In this document: in pieces, positions 39,750 through 53,535 of the stretch
Layout of the letters: every line of letters starts with the position of its first letter
How positions within the stretch are numbered: position 1 is the stretch's first letter
Assembly: GCA_028534125.1 (NCBI GenBank)
Contig: CM052818.1
Coordinates: 32,180,001-32,244,000 of the forward strand
Reading direction: 5' to 3'
From: Lama glama
Lineage: Eukaryota
Length of the DNA: 64,000 bases
The notes under the pieces: generated by a model
The model's input: only the letters and a program-made list of their open reading frames with translations
What the model was told of the DNA's origin: nothing
The model's database searches: none
Position numbers and translations under genes: made by a program

Positions 39750-41262
39750 TAAGCAGCCTGGGGTCTCTGCTCTACTTCAGGCCCTCACCACCTCTTGTCT
39801 TAACCATTACAGTCACCCTGGACTCACCCCTCTGCCTTTAAACTCTTTCCCTCTTCTCTCTGCCCAGCTGTCAAAATGACCTTCTAAAATGCCAATCTGA
39901 CCATGTTATTCTGCTCAGCATCATTCAGTGTATCCATCTCCTATGAAATTAAGCCCAGTCTTACTGCCAGGCCTCATGGTCTCCCTGGTTTCTCCATGTC
40001 AGTCCACCTCTCACTGCTTCCCCGCTCCATCCGAGCATTACCCAAGGCTGCGATTATTCCTCATCTCCTCCTTCATTCCTCACCTCCTCCTTCATTCCTC
40101 ACCCATATCTACTCTGGCAGCAAGTCCCATCTATTCTACCTACAAAATACATATTTAGCCATATACCCCCTCTCTCCCACCACCCTGGTCCCAACCACCA
40201 ACATCTCTCACCTGGATCACAGTAATAGCTTCCTAACTGACCTTCCTACTTCCACTTTTGCTTCCTTCTAATTTATTCTCTACATAGCAGCCAAAGTAAA
40301 CTTTAAAAATATAATTCAAATTATGTCCTTTCACTGTAAAACATTTGAATGGCTTCTCATTGGTCTTAGAGTAAAATCTTGATCAAAAGCCCTATATGAC
40401 CTGGCTCCACCCACATATCTGACCATCTCTCATACCATTCTCACGTCACTGTCCATCTGTCTCTACCAACCACAGGCCCTTTGCACTTCCTGCTCCTCCA
40501 TCATGGATCACCCTTTTCTTGGCTCTGAACTCTCATTTGCTGCTCATCCTTTAGACCTCAGCTAAAACATCAGCACCTCAGAAGACCTGTTTTTCTCTAT
40601 CACACCACCTTGTTTAGTTCCTTTTAGCGCTATTCACAGTCTGTAACTAATTAGCATATTTGGTCCCTTGTTTATTGTCTAATTCCCCCACTAGAAAGAA
40701 AGCTACATGAGAGGAAGGACCTCTCTCTTTCATTATACCCACTGGATCAACAGCATCCAACACAGTTCATAGTGCTTGGTAGATTCTCCATAAATGTTGT
40801 CATTGAATGCTAAATGAATCCAGCCCCTATTGCTTCTTCAGTCTTTCTTCTCTGCCAGTCCTCACCCCTATACCCAACCATGCTGATTGGAATTCCCTGA
40901 AGATGCACACTGCTTTACATCTCTGTGTCTTTGCACATGACCCTGAGCTAGGATTCTTTAACCACTATGTCTATCTAGAAAATTCCTCTGGTTGAAAAAT
41001 CATCTCTTTGCCAAAGGCTTTCCAGCCTCACCAAGCAAAGTTAGTCTTTCAGGCCTCCATGTGCCGTAGAATGGTGCTCATGCTTCTATTCTTGCTCTTG
41101 GCAACTTGGCTGTAATGATTCATTTTCATATCTATACCCTCTGTAAACTCTGATATCCCTGAGGAAAGAGATCATGTCTTCTCCATCTCACCAACTTTCA
41201 TCCACAATCAAGTACAGAATCTGGAATGTATTAGTTGCTCAATAAACATTTGTTGAAAAGAT
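39750..41262 (+). mobile_element. Cluster of L2 LINE 3' fragments
   Basis: 'ccaccctggtcccaaccaccaacatctctcacctggat', 'ccccactagaaagaaagctacatgagaggaaggacc', tails 'ataaatgttgtcattgaatg' and 'ctcaataaacatttgttgaa'. Confidence 0.8.
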
Positions 41263-42480
41263 GACAGAGTGAAGTGAAAGAGCAGTCCCTGCATATAAAT
41301 TCAGTAGGCCAGATTACTAACCCCAGCTCCTTGGTAATCCAGAGGACTCACAATGCCATTTTATGTCTCAGTTTCTTCACTTGTAAATTGGGAATAATAA
41401 ATCATTACCTATCCATCTCATAAGATCAGTTTAATAATAAAATAGTAAATACAAAGCAGTTTGAAAAATATAAATTCATTCATTTCAAAAATATTATTAA
41501 GTCCTTCCTCAGTGCCAAGACACTGAGTTACAAGTATGAAGATGCGATCACTTAAAGGGTTCTACTTCTTCAAGATGGTTATAGCCGCCCACCATAAAGC
41601 CATGTCTACCTCTCACTGACTTGGTTCTTGGTCTGCAGCATCTTTGCATTAACCCTTTGGTTTTGGATTCACTGCTCACCTGTATTGTCTAGTTTTACTG
41701 AAGGTCTCTGCATGCTTTCCATCTGTTATCACAGCTGAATGATTCCCTCACCAATCCCGGTTCCATTTCAGGAAAACTGTCAGCAGTACACACAGCACCA
41801 GGCCCATCCATCTGTGGAAGAGATAATGTAATTCTAAGACAATATTTAACATTGTGGGACAAGGCATAAACTCAATATGTTTTCAGGCAGAATAGAAAAA
41901 GATATGTGTCTTATCTCATTAATCACAATAAGAATGAGGGGTGGGGCAGATACCCAGGCCAGTGCTGTTCCCTTCAAGTTAATCTGTCTTAATACTAGGC
42001 CCTAGATAAAAAGAATGCCCATGCTGTTGTTCTGCTTGTTCAGTGGCAATTTACATTGGGGGAGCTCAAAATTTATGAAGTAACAAGAACCTCTCAGTAA
42101 TAAAAACTTGAGTGATCTGTGCTGTGTTTGGAGGTAACTTCTACTGCAAACACTCTCTGGGGATGAAACTTCAAAAGAAGGATTTCAAGGTAGATATTTA
42201 TAAAACTGATCTGTTCACAAGTACTTATTGGGTTCATTCATCCACTCATTCAAATTTTTACTGGGCGCTGACTGTTGCAGGAGGCTCTGTTGGGGTTTGG
42301 AGCTGCCAAGGAAACCAGATATGTTCTGTACCCTGGAGGGAATCCCATTAGTGGAGATGTGACTCATAGCCAGTAATGAGAGTGCCCCATGGACTGTAAG
42401 CTCTGGTGTATACCAGTGCCTATCCCAGAGCCTGGTACAGAAAAGCTCATTAAAAATCAGTTAAGTGACAAGTGTTTGTC

Positions 42481-42910
42481 AGCAGATGAATGGAATAAAT
42501 GTGGTACATACATGTGACGGAATATTATTCTGCCTTAAAAAGGAAGGAAATTCTGACACATGCTACAACTTAGACAAACCTTGAAGGTAGTATGCTAAGT
42601 GAAATAAGCCAATCACAAAGTACCAATACTGTATGAGTCCGCTCTATGAGAAACCTAGAGGGGTCAAGTTCACAAAGAAAGTAGAACGGTGGTTGTCAGA
42701 GGCTAGAGGTAGAAGAGAATGGGGAGTTATTGTTTAACAGGTATAGAGTTACAGTTTTTCACGATGAAAAACGTTCTGGAGACAGATGGTAGTGATGGTT
42801 GTAGATCAAAGTGAATGTGCTTAATGCCAGTGAACTATACACCAAAAAAAAATGGTTATGATGCTAAATTTTATGTTATGTATATTTTACCACAGAAAAA
42901 AACAACAAAA
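42481..42910 (+). mobile_element. L1 (L1MB-like) 3' end
   Basis: 'cggaatattattctgccttaaaaaggaaggaaattctgacacatgctacaac', 3' UTR ending 'ttttatgttatgtatattttaccacag' plus A-rich tail. Confidence 0.92.
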
Positions 42911-42914
42911 ATTT

Positions 42915-44200
42915 TTAAAGAGCTATTAGGAAGTCCAGAGAGAGCTTGAGGCTGGAGATGCAATGAATGGAGTAGAGAAGATGCAATGAATGGAGTGGTC
43001 CCACAGAGAAGGGACCACTGGGAGGACATGTGCTCTCCCAGGGAAACGGGAAGATGAGGGCATAGACTTGTGCTGAGGACACTCCAAGGGGACAAGGAAA
43101 GTGTGGTCAGAACTTGCAGGAGCAGCAGACCAGTTAGGGACATGGAAGTAAAGGGTCAGAAGGTTCCAAGGAGATCCTTCTAGAGCATGAAAGCAGTTGA
43201 TCAAAGCCTTTGCATTTGACAAGTAGGAAGTAACAGGTAACCCCTAGCAGAGAATTGTGAGTGTGGCAGTGAGGCTGCAGAAGGTTATATACCAACTGAA
43301 TAGAGAGTAAGACATTGAAGTTTGATAGTAAAGGAAGGATAATGATGACAGAAACTTGAAGGAATCAGTGAACGGAAGAGAAGAAAGACTTATCAAGGGA
43401 CAAAGGGATTGGAAGAAAAGGAGAGATGTTCTGGAAGAATATGGAATGGTTGGGAAGGATGCATTGGGAGATTCCTTCTCCCTTTGAAATAAAGGGCAGG
43501 AGATTGAGGCAGTATCAGGAAGAAATACAGTGGAGAAGAGGGAGCTGAAGGGCTCCTGTCTTCTCAGGGAGGCAGGAAGCAAGACGGAGTGCTGATAGAG
43601 GGAGCATGGGAGTCTGGGGAAGGGATTACAGGGAATGTGGACAGGCGTGAAATGGACAAGAGTAAAGCATTGGATCCAGCTGAGATCAGAGCCCCTGTGC
43701 ATGAGGGTGCGGGGACCCGTGGGCCCTGAGATGCAGCAATGCTTGGCTCCTGGCAGCCTGAAGGAAGAGATCACATGGAACATTTCCCAGCTGGTTAGAG
43801 AGTCAGCAGCAAGCCAGAGAGACATGCCTCCCAGGATGGGCAAGACCACGGATAAAACCAATATCCAGGAAGCCCAGGCTAGATAGTAAGGAACGTGGGG
43901 TCCAGAGGCGCTAGGAGGGTGTGAAATTGGGGACTAGAGTTCATGATGAGGGTGAGGAGACGATTCTGGAAGAAAGAAAAGGAACTTTGGCATCTGAAAT
44001 TGTGGTCCAGGAGCAGCTGTGTGAGGACAGGGTCCAGGTGAGTGGTGCTGACAAGGAGCAGTCACCATCCAAGTTAAGTCCAGGAACTGTGAGGTCCAAA
44101 TATTTGCGGAATGTTGAAATGTCCCCAGGGATAGTGATAGGATGACAATGTTAGATGAATAAGAAAACCAACTGCTGAAGAGGGAAGATGGTGTGAAGAA
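42915..44200 (-). mobile_element. Degenerate L2 internal region
   Basis: Purine-rich, L2-like ('gaggacactccaaggggac', 'gtgtggcagtgaggctgcagaagg', 'aatgttgaaatgtccccaggg'). Confidence 0.5.
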
Positions 44201-46399
44201 GACGGTGTACTTGGCTGCTAGGACAAAAGGAGGAAGACCTTGCTGAAATACAGTGATGCCACTCTGGGGGATGGGACCTGAGGGCACCAGAAGACCCAGT
44301 CAGTAGTCAGGCGGAATGGGCTGGGGGCAGGAATCGACTTCCACTGAAGAGGGTTCACTGTGGGAAAAGCTGAGACCACCCAAGGAGGGAGGGCTGGAAG
44401 GTAAAAGCACTGGAGTTAGGAATTTTACAGCTCAAGCAATAATTGTTAATAAGCTGGATGAAGAGTCAGGCTAGAGGGGTGGGAGGGGATCCCAGAGCGA
44501 GGAGTCAGGGAGATGTGTGGTGAGGAAAGCATTCAACTCCAAGTGTCTGTGAAACTAGTGAGCACTCAACCGGACAAAGACCCCCGGGAAGGAGGTCCAG
44601 AGCGGGACTCGAGTGTTGGACTCTTACATCCCACAAAACCGGGATGACAAGCATGTCTTGGGACTGGAGGATTCCTGCTTCTAATGTGCAGACCTGCCAG
44701 TCAGGACATCAGGGTTCTTATTCCTGCTGCCACTGGCCACCTTTTTAAGTAATAAGCCTTCTTTTTTTTTTTTTTTGGAAGGTGGGGGAGTTACTCTGAG
44801 TCTTGGACTCCTTTTCTGCAAAACAGTGTTTGGAATAGGTGATCTTCCAGCTTTGAAACGCAGTGATGCTGTGAATCTGTGTCCTTGGTTTCTTCATGCC
44901 ACCATTTCTGACTGTTCACTTATAATGATGATCCAACTCCACACTTTCTCCACTGGTGGGAGGGATAGACAATCATTAGGAAAAAGTGGAAACCCTTGGC
45001 TGAATAATAATGTCATTACACACCTAATCTGGGCAGCTGCTAGCACAAACAGCTCCTTGCAAATTAGAAACAGCCCCCCAGCCCTTGGCAGACAAATGAG
45101 CGAAAGGCTAAGGCTTGGCAAGTGAAGTCGGGCTGCTTTGGGGTCCCCTCCTCCCTCAGCAGGGCACTTGAGCGCAGTCCCCAGCCTGCACAACTGCGAC
45201 CCTGATTTCCATCCTCATGACAACCGAGGTGTCATTGAGGGCAAGTCAGCACTCCCATTTTACAGATGAAGAAATCAGAAACCAGGAAGCTTCAGTAATT
45301 TCCCCTACATCTTGTCACCCTCCACACACATACTCCGACTCTACATGTTTTAGATTCCTGAAAAGGGCCATTTTTCAAAACTCTTCTGTTTTTAGCATAT
45401 TTTATATCAATGAGTATTTCCTTGCCTAAATAACTTAAAACTTAGTGGAGGATATCTCCTGCTTCCCCCCCAACCGAGTCACCAGGCCTCCCATTCCATT
45501 TTCCAAACCATATTTGGACATTAATCACATCACCCACAGTCAAAATGCCATCTAATCTGGAAGGAATATGGCTGCAATATTAGGAGAGCCAAGAATAAAT
45601 ACTGAAACCAATAACTCTTTTATCATCCTCTCACCTCCCATATGCGCTTACTAAAATACATTTGGCCAAATGAGAAGACGGGAAAGAGAAATGAATCCTA
45701 AAGAAGTTAATAGTAATGGCATAAAGAAATTGTATTTGACTTATACTATTATTATTACTTATTATAAGTGATAGAATTGTAAAGATATCAGGCGCTCTCA
45801 ATTAGTTTTGTGTATTTTGGACTTAAGAAGAGAGAAAAAAATTTAATTTACTTTCTGGACCAGGAGAGTAATAATCATTTTATGACAACATATATTCATT
45901 TTTTTATCCTCAGATGAAAAAAGTGACCAGGGACTAGTTATAACAAATGATCATGCTTTATTTGTCAAGGCACCCTACTTGTCAAGGCGACTGAAACAAT
46001 ATGGTTTATGGAGCTCCCATGAGAGCAGAGTATTGAACCTAAATGGAAGAAAAAGATTCTGTCTTCAAGGGATTTGCCTTCTTGCTGGGAATACAGGGCC
46101 TAGACACATAAAAGAATTATAATTAGTTTTACAAAGACATACAAATCACTGCCAAGTGCTGATTAGTTGTGAGCAACAGAGCGTGGGTCTGTGCAAAGCT
46201 TATAGAGAAGAGGGCCCTGAATGAGCCGAGGTCAGTGAGGACATGCATAGAGCCCAGGTCACCCTGGGTAACAAGCACAAAGTCTAATACAGACCTAGGC
46301 TTTGTTCATATCTGATCAATTTTCAGAGCATAGGGTGGTGGCAATGTGGGTGCCAGGTATTGCTAATGGAGGGAAGGTATGCTGAGCTGTGGACAACAT

Positions 46400-46682
46400 T
46401 CCCAGAGCTCTGGTGGAAATTTTCTGTTCCCCTGTAACAACAATCATTATCATTCCAGACACCACAGATTCATCATTCTGAAATCCTTACAATCACTATC
46501 CTATGCAGGATGGTAGGTGGGTGTCAGCCAATACGCCAGCCCCAAATGCTTGGTAGTAGTTGCCTGGGACAGTGTGTGAGTGGCATTCGGGCTCGGTGAG
46601 AAAGGGAGAACTGATGGGTTACTGGAGTCTGCCGTGGGCAGAGAATGATGTGGTACCCATGGCAAATATTTGCCATCTCCAT
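46400..46682. mobile_element. MER102-like hAT MITE
   Basis: 'ccccaaatgcttggtagtagttgcctggga' and end 'gtacccatggcaaatatttgccatctcc'. Confidence 0.65.
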
Positions 46683-47761
46683 TCTAAGAGATGCCCATTG
46701 ATTAGATTAGGAAACCAGGGTTAAGTTAAATAACTTTCATAAACTCATATACTTGCTTTTTGTGAAGCTAGGAAAGGGTCATATTAGAAAAATGCATCCC
46801 TTTCTCAAGACATTTTACTTTCATCTGTTGTAAAATTGTCATAGTGTAACAATTTTAACAGAGCAAACCACTCTACTACCATCTTCTGGAAAATTATCAT
46901 AAAAAAACATAAAGGTCTATAGCATCTATGATGTGAATGCCTTAGATGTGGCATCCTTGTACAGGACACAGACTGCACAGCTGTATACGGTGACTCTGAA
47001 CCAGCATTTGACTCGAGGTGGTCCGTATTGGTTCCATTACCCCATGCTGCCTTAACAAAAAAGTGAAGCAGTTGTAGCGGAAAGGCAGTAAGTTTTTAGA
47101 GGGCCTTAAAATTTTACCTAAAGAGCTTGGATCTGATGTAATAGGTAATGTGCAAAAGGGCTGTTTATATGCATATGCTCTCCTTAAATCAGACATTTAC
47201 AGGTTAAGTACCTATAATGTTTTGCATTTTGTGAAGCATGTTACTCTTTAAATAAGTTGTTTCATTTGATCTCTACCTTCGGAACTACAGTAGATTCCTG
47301 AGCAAGGAATCATCATCAGTTGGGGGTGGGGGGAGGCAGGCAGGGGTGGGGATCTCAGAACAGGAGTTATATAAAGCTTCCCTCTTTTAAAAAAGTTGTG
47401 AGGTTGTGCTCCTTTCCTCAGTTAGGTTTGGAATCTCTTAACTGAAACTAAAATGTGCATTTCATAACTGAATTTATCAGCATCTCGAGTAGACTTGCTA
47501 AATCATAGCTCCATTCATTGCATGTGCCAGCATAATTAATTACACTGTGAATCCTCCTGACAGCATTTTCCAGGGACTGAGGATTCGAAAAAAAAGACTA
47601 AACATGAGAAAACAGGAAAATCTGGGTCAACTTTCTATATATTCACCATTGGCTTTTTCCATTTGAGTCCTGGCTTTCTGTAGTTGAGTGACCTTGAGTG
47701 AGTCACCTCCTAAATTTCCTCCTCTATGAAAATGAGAAGGTGGGAATAGATGATCTTTATC

Positions 47762-48235
47762 ATTCAAGGTGGCAGAAGGACAGAGATGGTATATTCAATT
47801 AGGTAATTTAAGGTGAGTTTAAGAAAGATTATGAAGGTGTGGGCAGGGTAAGGAAACCAGCAGGGATAGAGCAGCCCATGCCAGTAACCACGGGCTATTG
47901 CTGCCCCAGTCCTGATGGGAAAGGAGAGCAGAGTTACTAGAATCCAGAGGGGAGGAGTTGTGGAGAGAAGGCTGCCTGAGAAGGGCAGTGACATTTGCTG
48001 AGGGACAGACTGTGACATGCCACAGCAAAGGCAGTAGAGAAATGAATTCTCCAGTGCCACTCTCCTTCCTCCCTCCTTTTCATCTCCTGTGATGCTCCCT
48101 GTTGGCCAAACCCAACTGGAAGACAGATGGCAAGGGGGCTGGGGATATACTCTATGCAGCTCACCCTCCTGCAGCACAGAGCAGGGATGAAAAGGGCAGA
48201 GAGGGGATCTGGGTAGGCAGGAGTTGCCCAGCACA
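47762..48235. mobile_element. ERVL-class solo LTR (LTR40/LTR41-like)
   Basis: 'aggtgtgggcagggtaaggaaaccagcaggga', 'ttggccaaacccaactggaagacagatggcaaggg', 'gcacagagcaggg...ggatctgg...ccagcaca'. Confidence 0.7.
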
Positions 48236-48502
48236 TGCCCTAAGTCCATCCAGTATGAACATACTTAGTGTACACTAAACACCCAGTCCTCTTAAGCATG
48301 CCAACTGGAAATGTGTTAGAAGAATTTTTTTTTTTTGAGTAGGGAATGTGCTAGCAACTTAGGGGAACATGGTATGAAGCATGGAGTCTGCCATAGTAAG
48401 TGAGCAGAATCCATTTACAGAATGAACTAAATACAGGAAAGAAAGGAAATAGCTCCAACTGAGGTCTAACAGCAAACAACTGTGACTCTCTATAATACAC
48501 AA

Positions 48503-48526
48503 ACACACACACACACACACACACAC
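48503..48526. repeat. (AC)12 microsatellite
   Basis: Uninterrupted AC run. Confidence 0.95.
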
Positions 48527-51500
48527 AAGTACATGCATAGACAGTCTTCAAAAAGCTTTAAGCTTCTCACAATAGCATGGAATTTACTAGCCAGTGAGTC
48601 AATCCTGAGATTCTAATATTGAGACAAATTTCTTGAGGCACCTGAAAGGTCTGTTGTAATGCTGTGTCACAAGGCTGAGCAGACCTGGGATTTTAGGTCA
48701 GGGAAAGACTTGAGGGAGCAGCTAATCCAGCCTCTCCCTTTCTGTTCCAGGGTGGGTCCAGTGAGCTGCAGAAGGGCCTGACTATCAGATACCCACCTGG
48801 ATGGGCAGAGCTTGTGTTGGAGCCATGCCTCGCCCCCATTTCCCCACTAGCCCCCTTTAGGACTCAGTGCCTCACTCCAGTGTGGCAGCCCTGTGAGTGT
48901 GGATAAGGCTGCTGGTTGAAAAACCTTAAGATGTTAAAAGATTTAAAAGCCCCAAACTTTGTCAGCCTTTGAAACACCCTCTGTTTTGGCAGGCTCTCTG
49001 CAGTGTTAGCTTTCCCCTCTCATCAAGATTTTCCCATAGCTTCTGCCCAGGTTGTTTTAACTGCAGTCTCTCCACTGTTAAAGGAGCCCCTGCAGTGATC
49101 TAATACGAGATCTGAAGACCTTAAAGTCTTGGGCTGGTCTTGATACTAATATTACTGCAAATAATAATAATAACCTGACATTTATTCAGCACTTCCTGAG
49201 TGCCAGGCTCTAATCCAGACAATTTCACTTTCCTTACCTCAGCTAACCCTCCCCGAACCACTCGAGTTGGGGATTCTGCTTCTTACTGCTCACATGAAGA
49301 CACTGGGACAGTCTCTCCAGACACAGAGCACCCTGCTGGTGGGTCCGTGACAAGTTAGCAGGAGACTCAGTGTCTCTCTGTACTCATCCCACTGTCTCCC
49401 CTCTGCTCTGCCAGAATCAAAGACCTTCAAGGGAAGAAAGAACCTGCTACTTCACTGTGTTTGGGGACATTTTATCCTGGCAATGATGGCCTTGTAAAGA
49501 GGGGTTCTGTGGGCTACCTCCCTGACCAATCCCCAAGGGCTCCTGCAGGGAACCTCTGAGGGAGCCTTGCTCAGCCTCTTCACCACGGGCACACGCCAGA
49601 CCTGGGTGCAGGAAGATGGGGAGCTAACATTTACTGAGGGCCTACTCTGTGCTTTGTGCTTCAAATAGGCCACATGACTTAATCCCCCCAACCTTGTGTA
49701 GTAGAAGTTATCATTCCCTTTGTACAGATGAGGAATGGTACTGATTTACCGAAGGAGTAAAAAGTGAAGTCAGTTCTGTTTTGAAAGCTAATATTCTTTT
49801 CACTACACACTGCTCCTTCAGACGATAAAAGAAAGAAGGGAAGACAGGAAAGCTTCAGAGATCATCTTGACCAACCTCTTACTGATGCAGGGACTTCCTA
49901 GAAAACATCCTGTCTGGGACCATACTGCCCCTTCAAGGCAGTTCATTCTGTTATGGGACAACTGGGGAAAACATTCTCTGATAAAATATGCCTTTGGCCT
50001 GGGCTGACTTGAAGGACAGAATTTTAGAATGAGGGGAGACCAGGACCTGGACCAGAGGACTCCTCAAGGCAACTGGAAATGCCACAATCTCAGGAGAGAG
50101 CTACGCAGGTGGAGCCATTTGGAAATCTGCTCAGCCAGTTTTCCAGGCTTCATCCCAGTGTTGGATAAAAACCTCCAATAGGACAGGGCAGAGGACAGAG
50201 AGACAGTAATCCACGCTCCTTTTGCTGCTGAAGCTCAAGTAACCGTAAATCCACGTAATACTGTTATCAACTAATCCACATCTATCTTATTACTTGAAAG
50301 GATAGCAGAAGAGATTTCATCAAAAGCTGAAATGAGATGCATGTTCTCTACTGCATTATTCCCCAACCTGTGCCAAGCCTATCAGAAGTGAAAGAGCTTG
50401 GTTTGCATGCCTGATTCTGAACTTATCCTTGGTAGCTTTTTAGTGATCCCTGCGTTCACTGCATCCACTGCGTTCACCAGATGCTCCCAAATGATCTGGT
50501 TAGAAATCTGTTTTAAAATTTGGCCAAGGATTTATGCCAATATTACCACTATGAAGTTGATTTTTTAAATTCAGAACACTTCCCTACATCTAATCTGCAA
50601 TAGGCATCTGTGTAACCAAGATAGCCTTGAGTTACTTCCATGGCTTAGACAACCACACCCTAGATGTTACATGCAACCTCAAAAATACCTCTGAGAAACT
50701 TTATGAACAGAAGGCAGTTCCCCATCTGTACTCTTGGTTTCATTCTTATCAGGAAGAACCACTGGACCAAAGTGAAGTCATCAAAGCTATTGCTAAGTGC
50801 CAGGCAGTGGAGAAGCCAGAACTGAATAGGGCCCAGTCCAGTTCAATACAGAGCCTCACCCTGAAACCCTGATTCTTTCTTACCATTCCTAATGCCTTTT
50901 GCCCACTCTATTTTAAGCAACTCTGACCTGACTCACCAAGGGCTTGCATAGTTGTCTCTTCTCTCCTCAAGGGCAGGGACTGTGTTTTATTTCTTCACGC
51001 ATCCCTGTTGGTGAGCTTCAAGTCTTCCAGGGAAAAAACACCCAATAGACACTTGTAACAATGATAACAGTGTGGCCGATGGGTTGCAGAAAGAAGACAC
51101 AGCCTAAATTTAAATTAATTTCTGATTCAGAAGGAAGGGGTTACAAAACATTAAGTAGCGTGTTGCCGATTAATATGATTGAGTATTAAAACAGACCCTG
51201 TGATACTGTAATTTGGAATGGTAACAATGCTGTATACTTCCAGTCAGGCCAAGGGTGATATTTTCATGATTAGCTTTTGATTAATCCTACTAGATTGATA
51301 TTACATTTATAATCTATATATTTGCTCTTAAGGGTTTAATTGTTTGTGCAATTTATAAGCGTTAGAATTGCTGTTATGTAAATGAATTTTCAGCATCCAG
51401 TTCACCTTTAAGGTAATTAAATTAAGTGCGCTTAGTTAAGAACATTAGGCAACTATGAAAAGCCCCTGAGAAAAAATTGGTTTGCTAAGATGAGAAGGCA

Positions 51501-52228
51501 GCCTATTCTGTTTCTTTTCCCTCATTTTGTATCTCTCCCAGATCCTGGGTCCTTCATATCCCCTCTCTGTCTCCTCTCCTGCTGGTTCCAACTAATTTGT
51601 CAGTTAAAGAAGGACACATGTTGAGTGAAAGTAACAACCTGTTTCATAAACAAGCTCAGCTGCTTTCAAGAGAAACCAGAGGGACTCATGTTCCTTGCTG
51701 AGATGCTCTTCTCCTCAGTTTGCTGAATTGTTTTCCAATTTTGATGGAATAATGTTGCTCACGATCTGTGTATTCAACATGAATTTTAGAATCAAGGCTC
51801 AGCTGTCAGGTCTAGCTGATTAGGGAAATGAACTTACCTTTTCTTGCCTCCTGGGTAAATAAGGAGAAATGGCCCATTTTAATAGTAGCATAGGGTGGAT
51901 GGGGAGTAGAAACAGCATGGAATTTTGAGGCCGGCTTGGCTTTCATTCAGTCCAGTTCAGTTCATTCATTCATTCAGCAAATACTTATTGAGCACATATG
52001 ATAGGCCCAGCCCTATTCTGGGCACTGGGGAGAAATGAGTGGATGAAACAGGAAAACCTCATTTCACAGGGGCTTCAAACCTGCACTCCATATCTTACTA
52101 GTTGTGTAAGATATTGGATATATTTCTTTGATCCTCTGAACCTCAATTTCCTCATCCATAAAATGGGAATATTAAGAATAAGATTGTTCAAAAGATAAAA
52201 TAAGGTGGTGTTTATTAAATACTTTTAT

Positions 52229-52733
52229 CAGAGTTTGGTAATCCCACGTCCGTGGATCCATAGAGAACTGTGGATAGAATTATTGAAAGGCCTATGAACT
52301 TGGAGGGGAAAAAAATTACATCTTTATTTTTAGTACTTGTGACAGAAATTTAGCATTTTTGCAATTGTGAATGTAGGAAGTAAATCTGCGACGACTGTAG
52401 TAGTCATATGTGTGATTTTGTCACAAATACAAATCTCATTGCAGCTGTTGCAGACATCATGAAATACTGTTTAAGCTCATCACTACTCAAATTGACAGAT
52501 GTTATTAGATCTGCCATGAAATAGTTATTAAATGTGTTAATAAAGAAGCAAACAGATTACTACATCAGAAGTTTTTTATATATTGGTAATGATATTTCAG
52601 TATAATTGGTTTCCTTTGTAGTTGTATGTATTTCACTTTGTGTATTTGAAAACATTATTCTAAGAAGGGGTTCATAGGCTTCACCAGACTGTCGAAGGGG
52701 TCCATGACACACACACAAAAGGAAGAACATCTG
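52229..52733. mobile_element. Charlie4-like hAT element
   Basis: End 'gaaggggttcataggcttcaccagactgtcgaaggggtccatgacac...aagaacatctg', about 500 bp. Confidence 0.75.
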
Positions 52734-52752
52734 ACTTAGGTGTTGTCTACTA

Positions 52753-52940
52753 CAGTGGTTCTCAAACTTGAACTGTTTCGAAATTACCTAAAGGCTTTGT
52801 TAAAACACAAACTACTGTCTCTTACCCCCCAGGTTTCTAACCCAATAGGCCTGAGGCAAGTCCTGATAATTTGCATTTCTCTCAAGTTCTCAGGTGAGGC
52901 TGATGGTCCAGATCCAGGGACCACACTTTGAGAACCCTCG
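52753..52940. mobile_element. MER5A hAT MITE
   Basis: TIRs cagtggttctcaaa / tttgagaaccctcg. Internal 'tttgcatttctctcaagttctcaggtgaggctgat'. Possible 8-bp TSD gtctacta / gtctagta. Confidence 0.9.
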
Positions 52941-53081
52941 TCTAGTATATAATAAGTATTAAATGTTTCTTCCCCACATTGACCTGGCACATGGACACTT
53001 TCAGGGCACTGGAGTTCTAGCAAATGATCCAGACTAACACATGAATACACCATCTGACTCTGCTAGCCAGGCCATGCTGAG

Positions 53082-53535
53082 ATGTTTTTGTTTTTTCCTC
53101 CTTTTTCAGTTTTATTATGTAGAATTATTACAGTTCAACTGCACATACACATTATATTGCATGTAAATACACATACAGTGTGCTGCACATTTTTTTAGTT
53201 TATATGTATGTACTAATGATTGTTTCCAAGAACAGATTAGATCCTCAGCTTTTTAAACTTACATAGTTATCAAAGGAATAAAGCCAACTACAAAATAAGA
53301 ATCAGCAGAATGTGGTAATCCAATCATAAAGGAAAATCAAATGTGCTTACACATATTCAAGAAGTCAAAATAATAGCTAGTTCATTTGTGTCATTATTGT
53401 TATTTTTTTTAGATTCCTCATATAAATGGTGTCATATGGCACTTTTCTTCCTCTTTCTGGCCAACTTCACTTAGAATGACAATCTTCAGGTCCATCCATG
53501 TTGCTGCAAATGGCATTATTTTATTCTTTTTTATG
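53082..53535 (-). mobile_element. 5'-truncated L1-mediated insertion with 14-bp TSD; L1 segment 53379-53535 joined to non-canonical 3' sequence
   Basis: TSD caggccatgctgag at 53068-53081 and 53536-53549. T-rich tail at the left end. 'ggtccatccatgttgctgcaaatggcattattttattc' is the antisense L1 ORF2 end. Confidence 0.85.

Noticed and set aside
43244..43861. Longest ORF in the window (205 aa, minus strand)
   Set aside because: Ser/Leu/Phe/Pro-biased translation of a pyrimidine-rich strand within degenerate L2-like sequence, with no recognisable domain.
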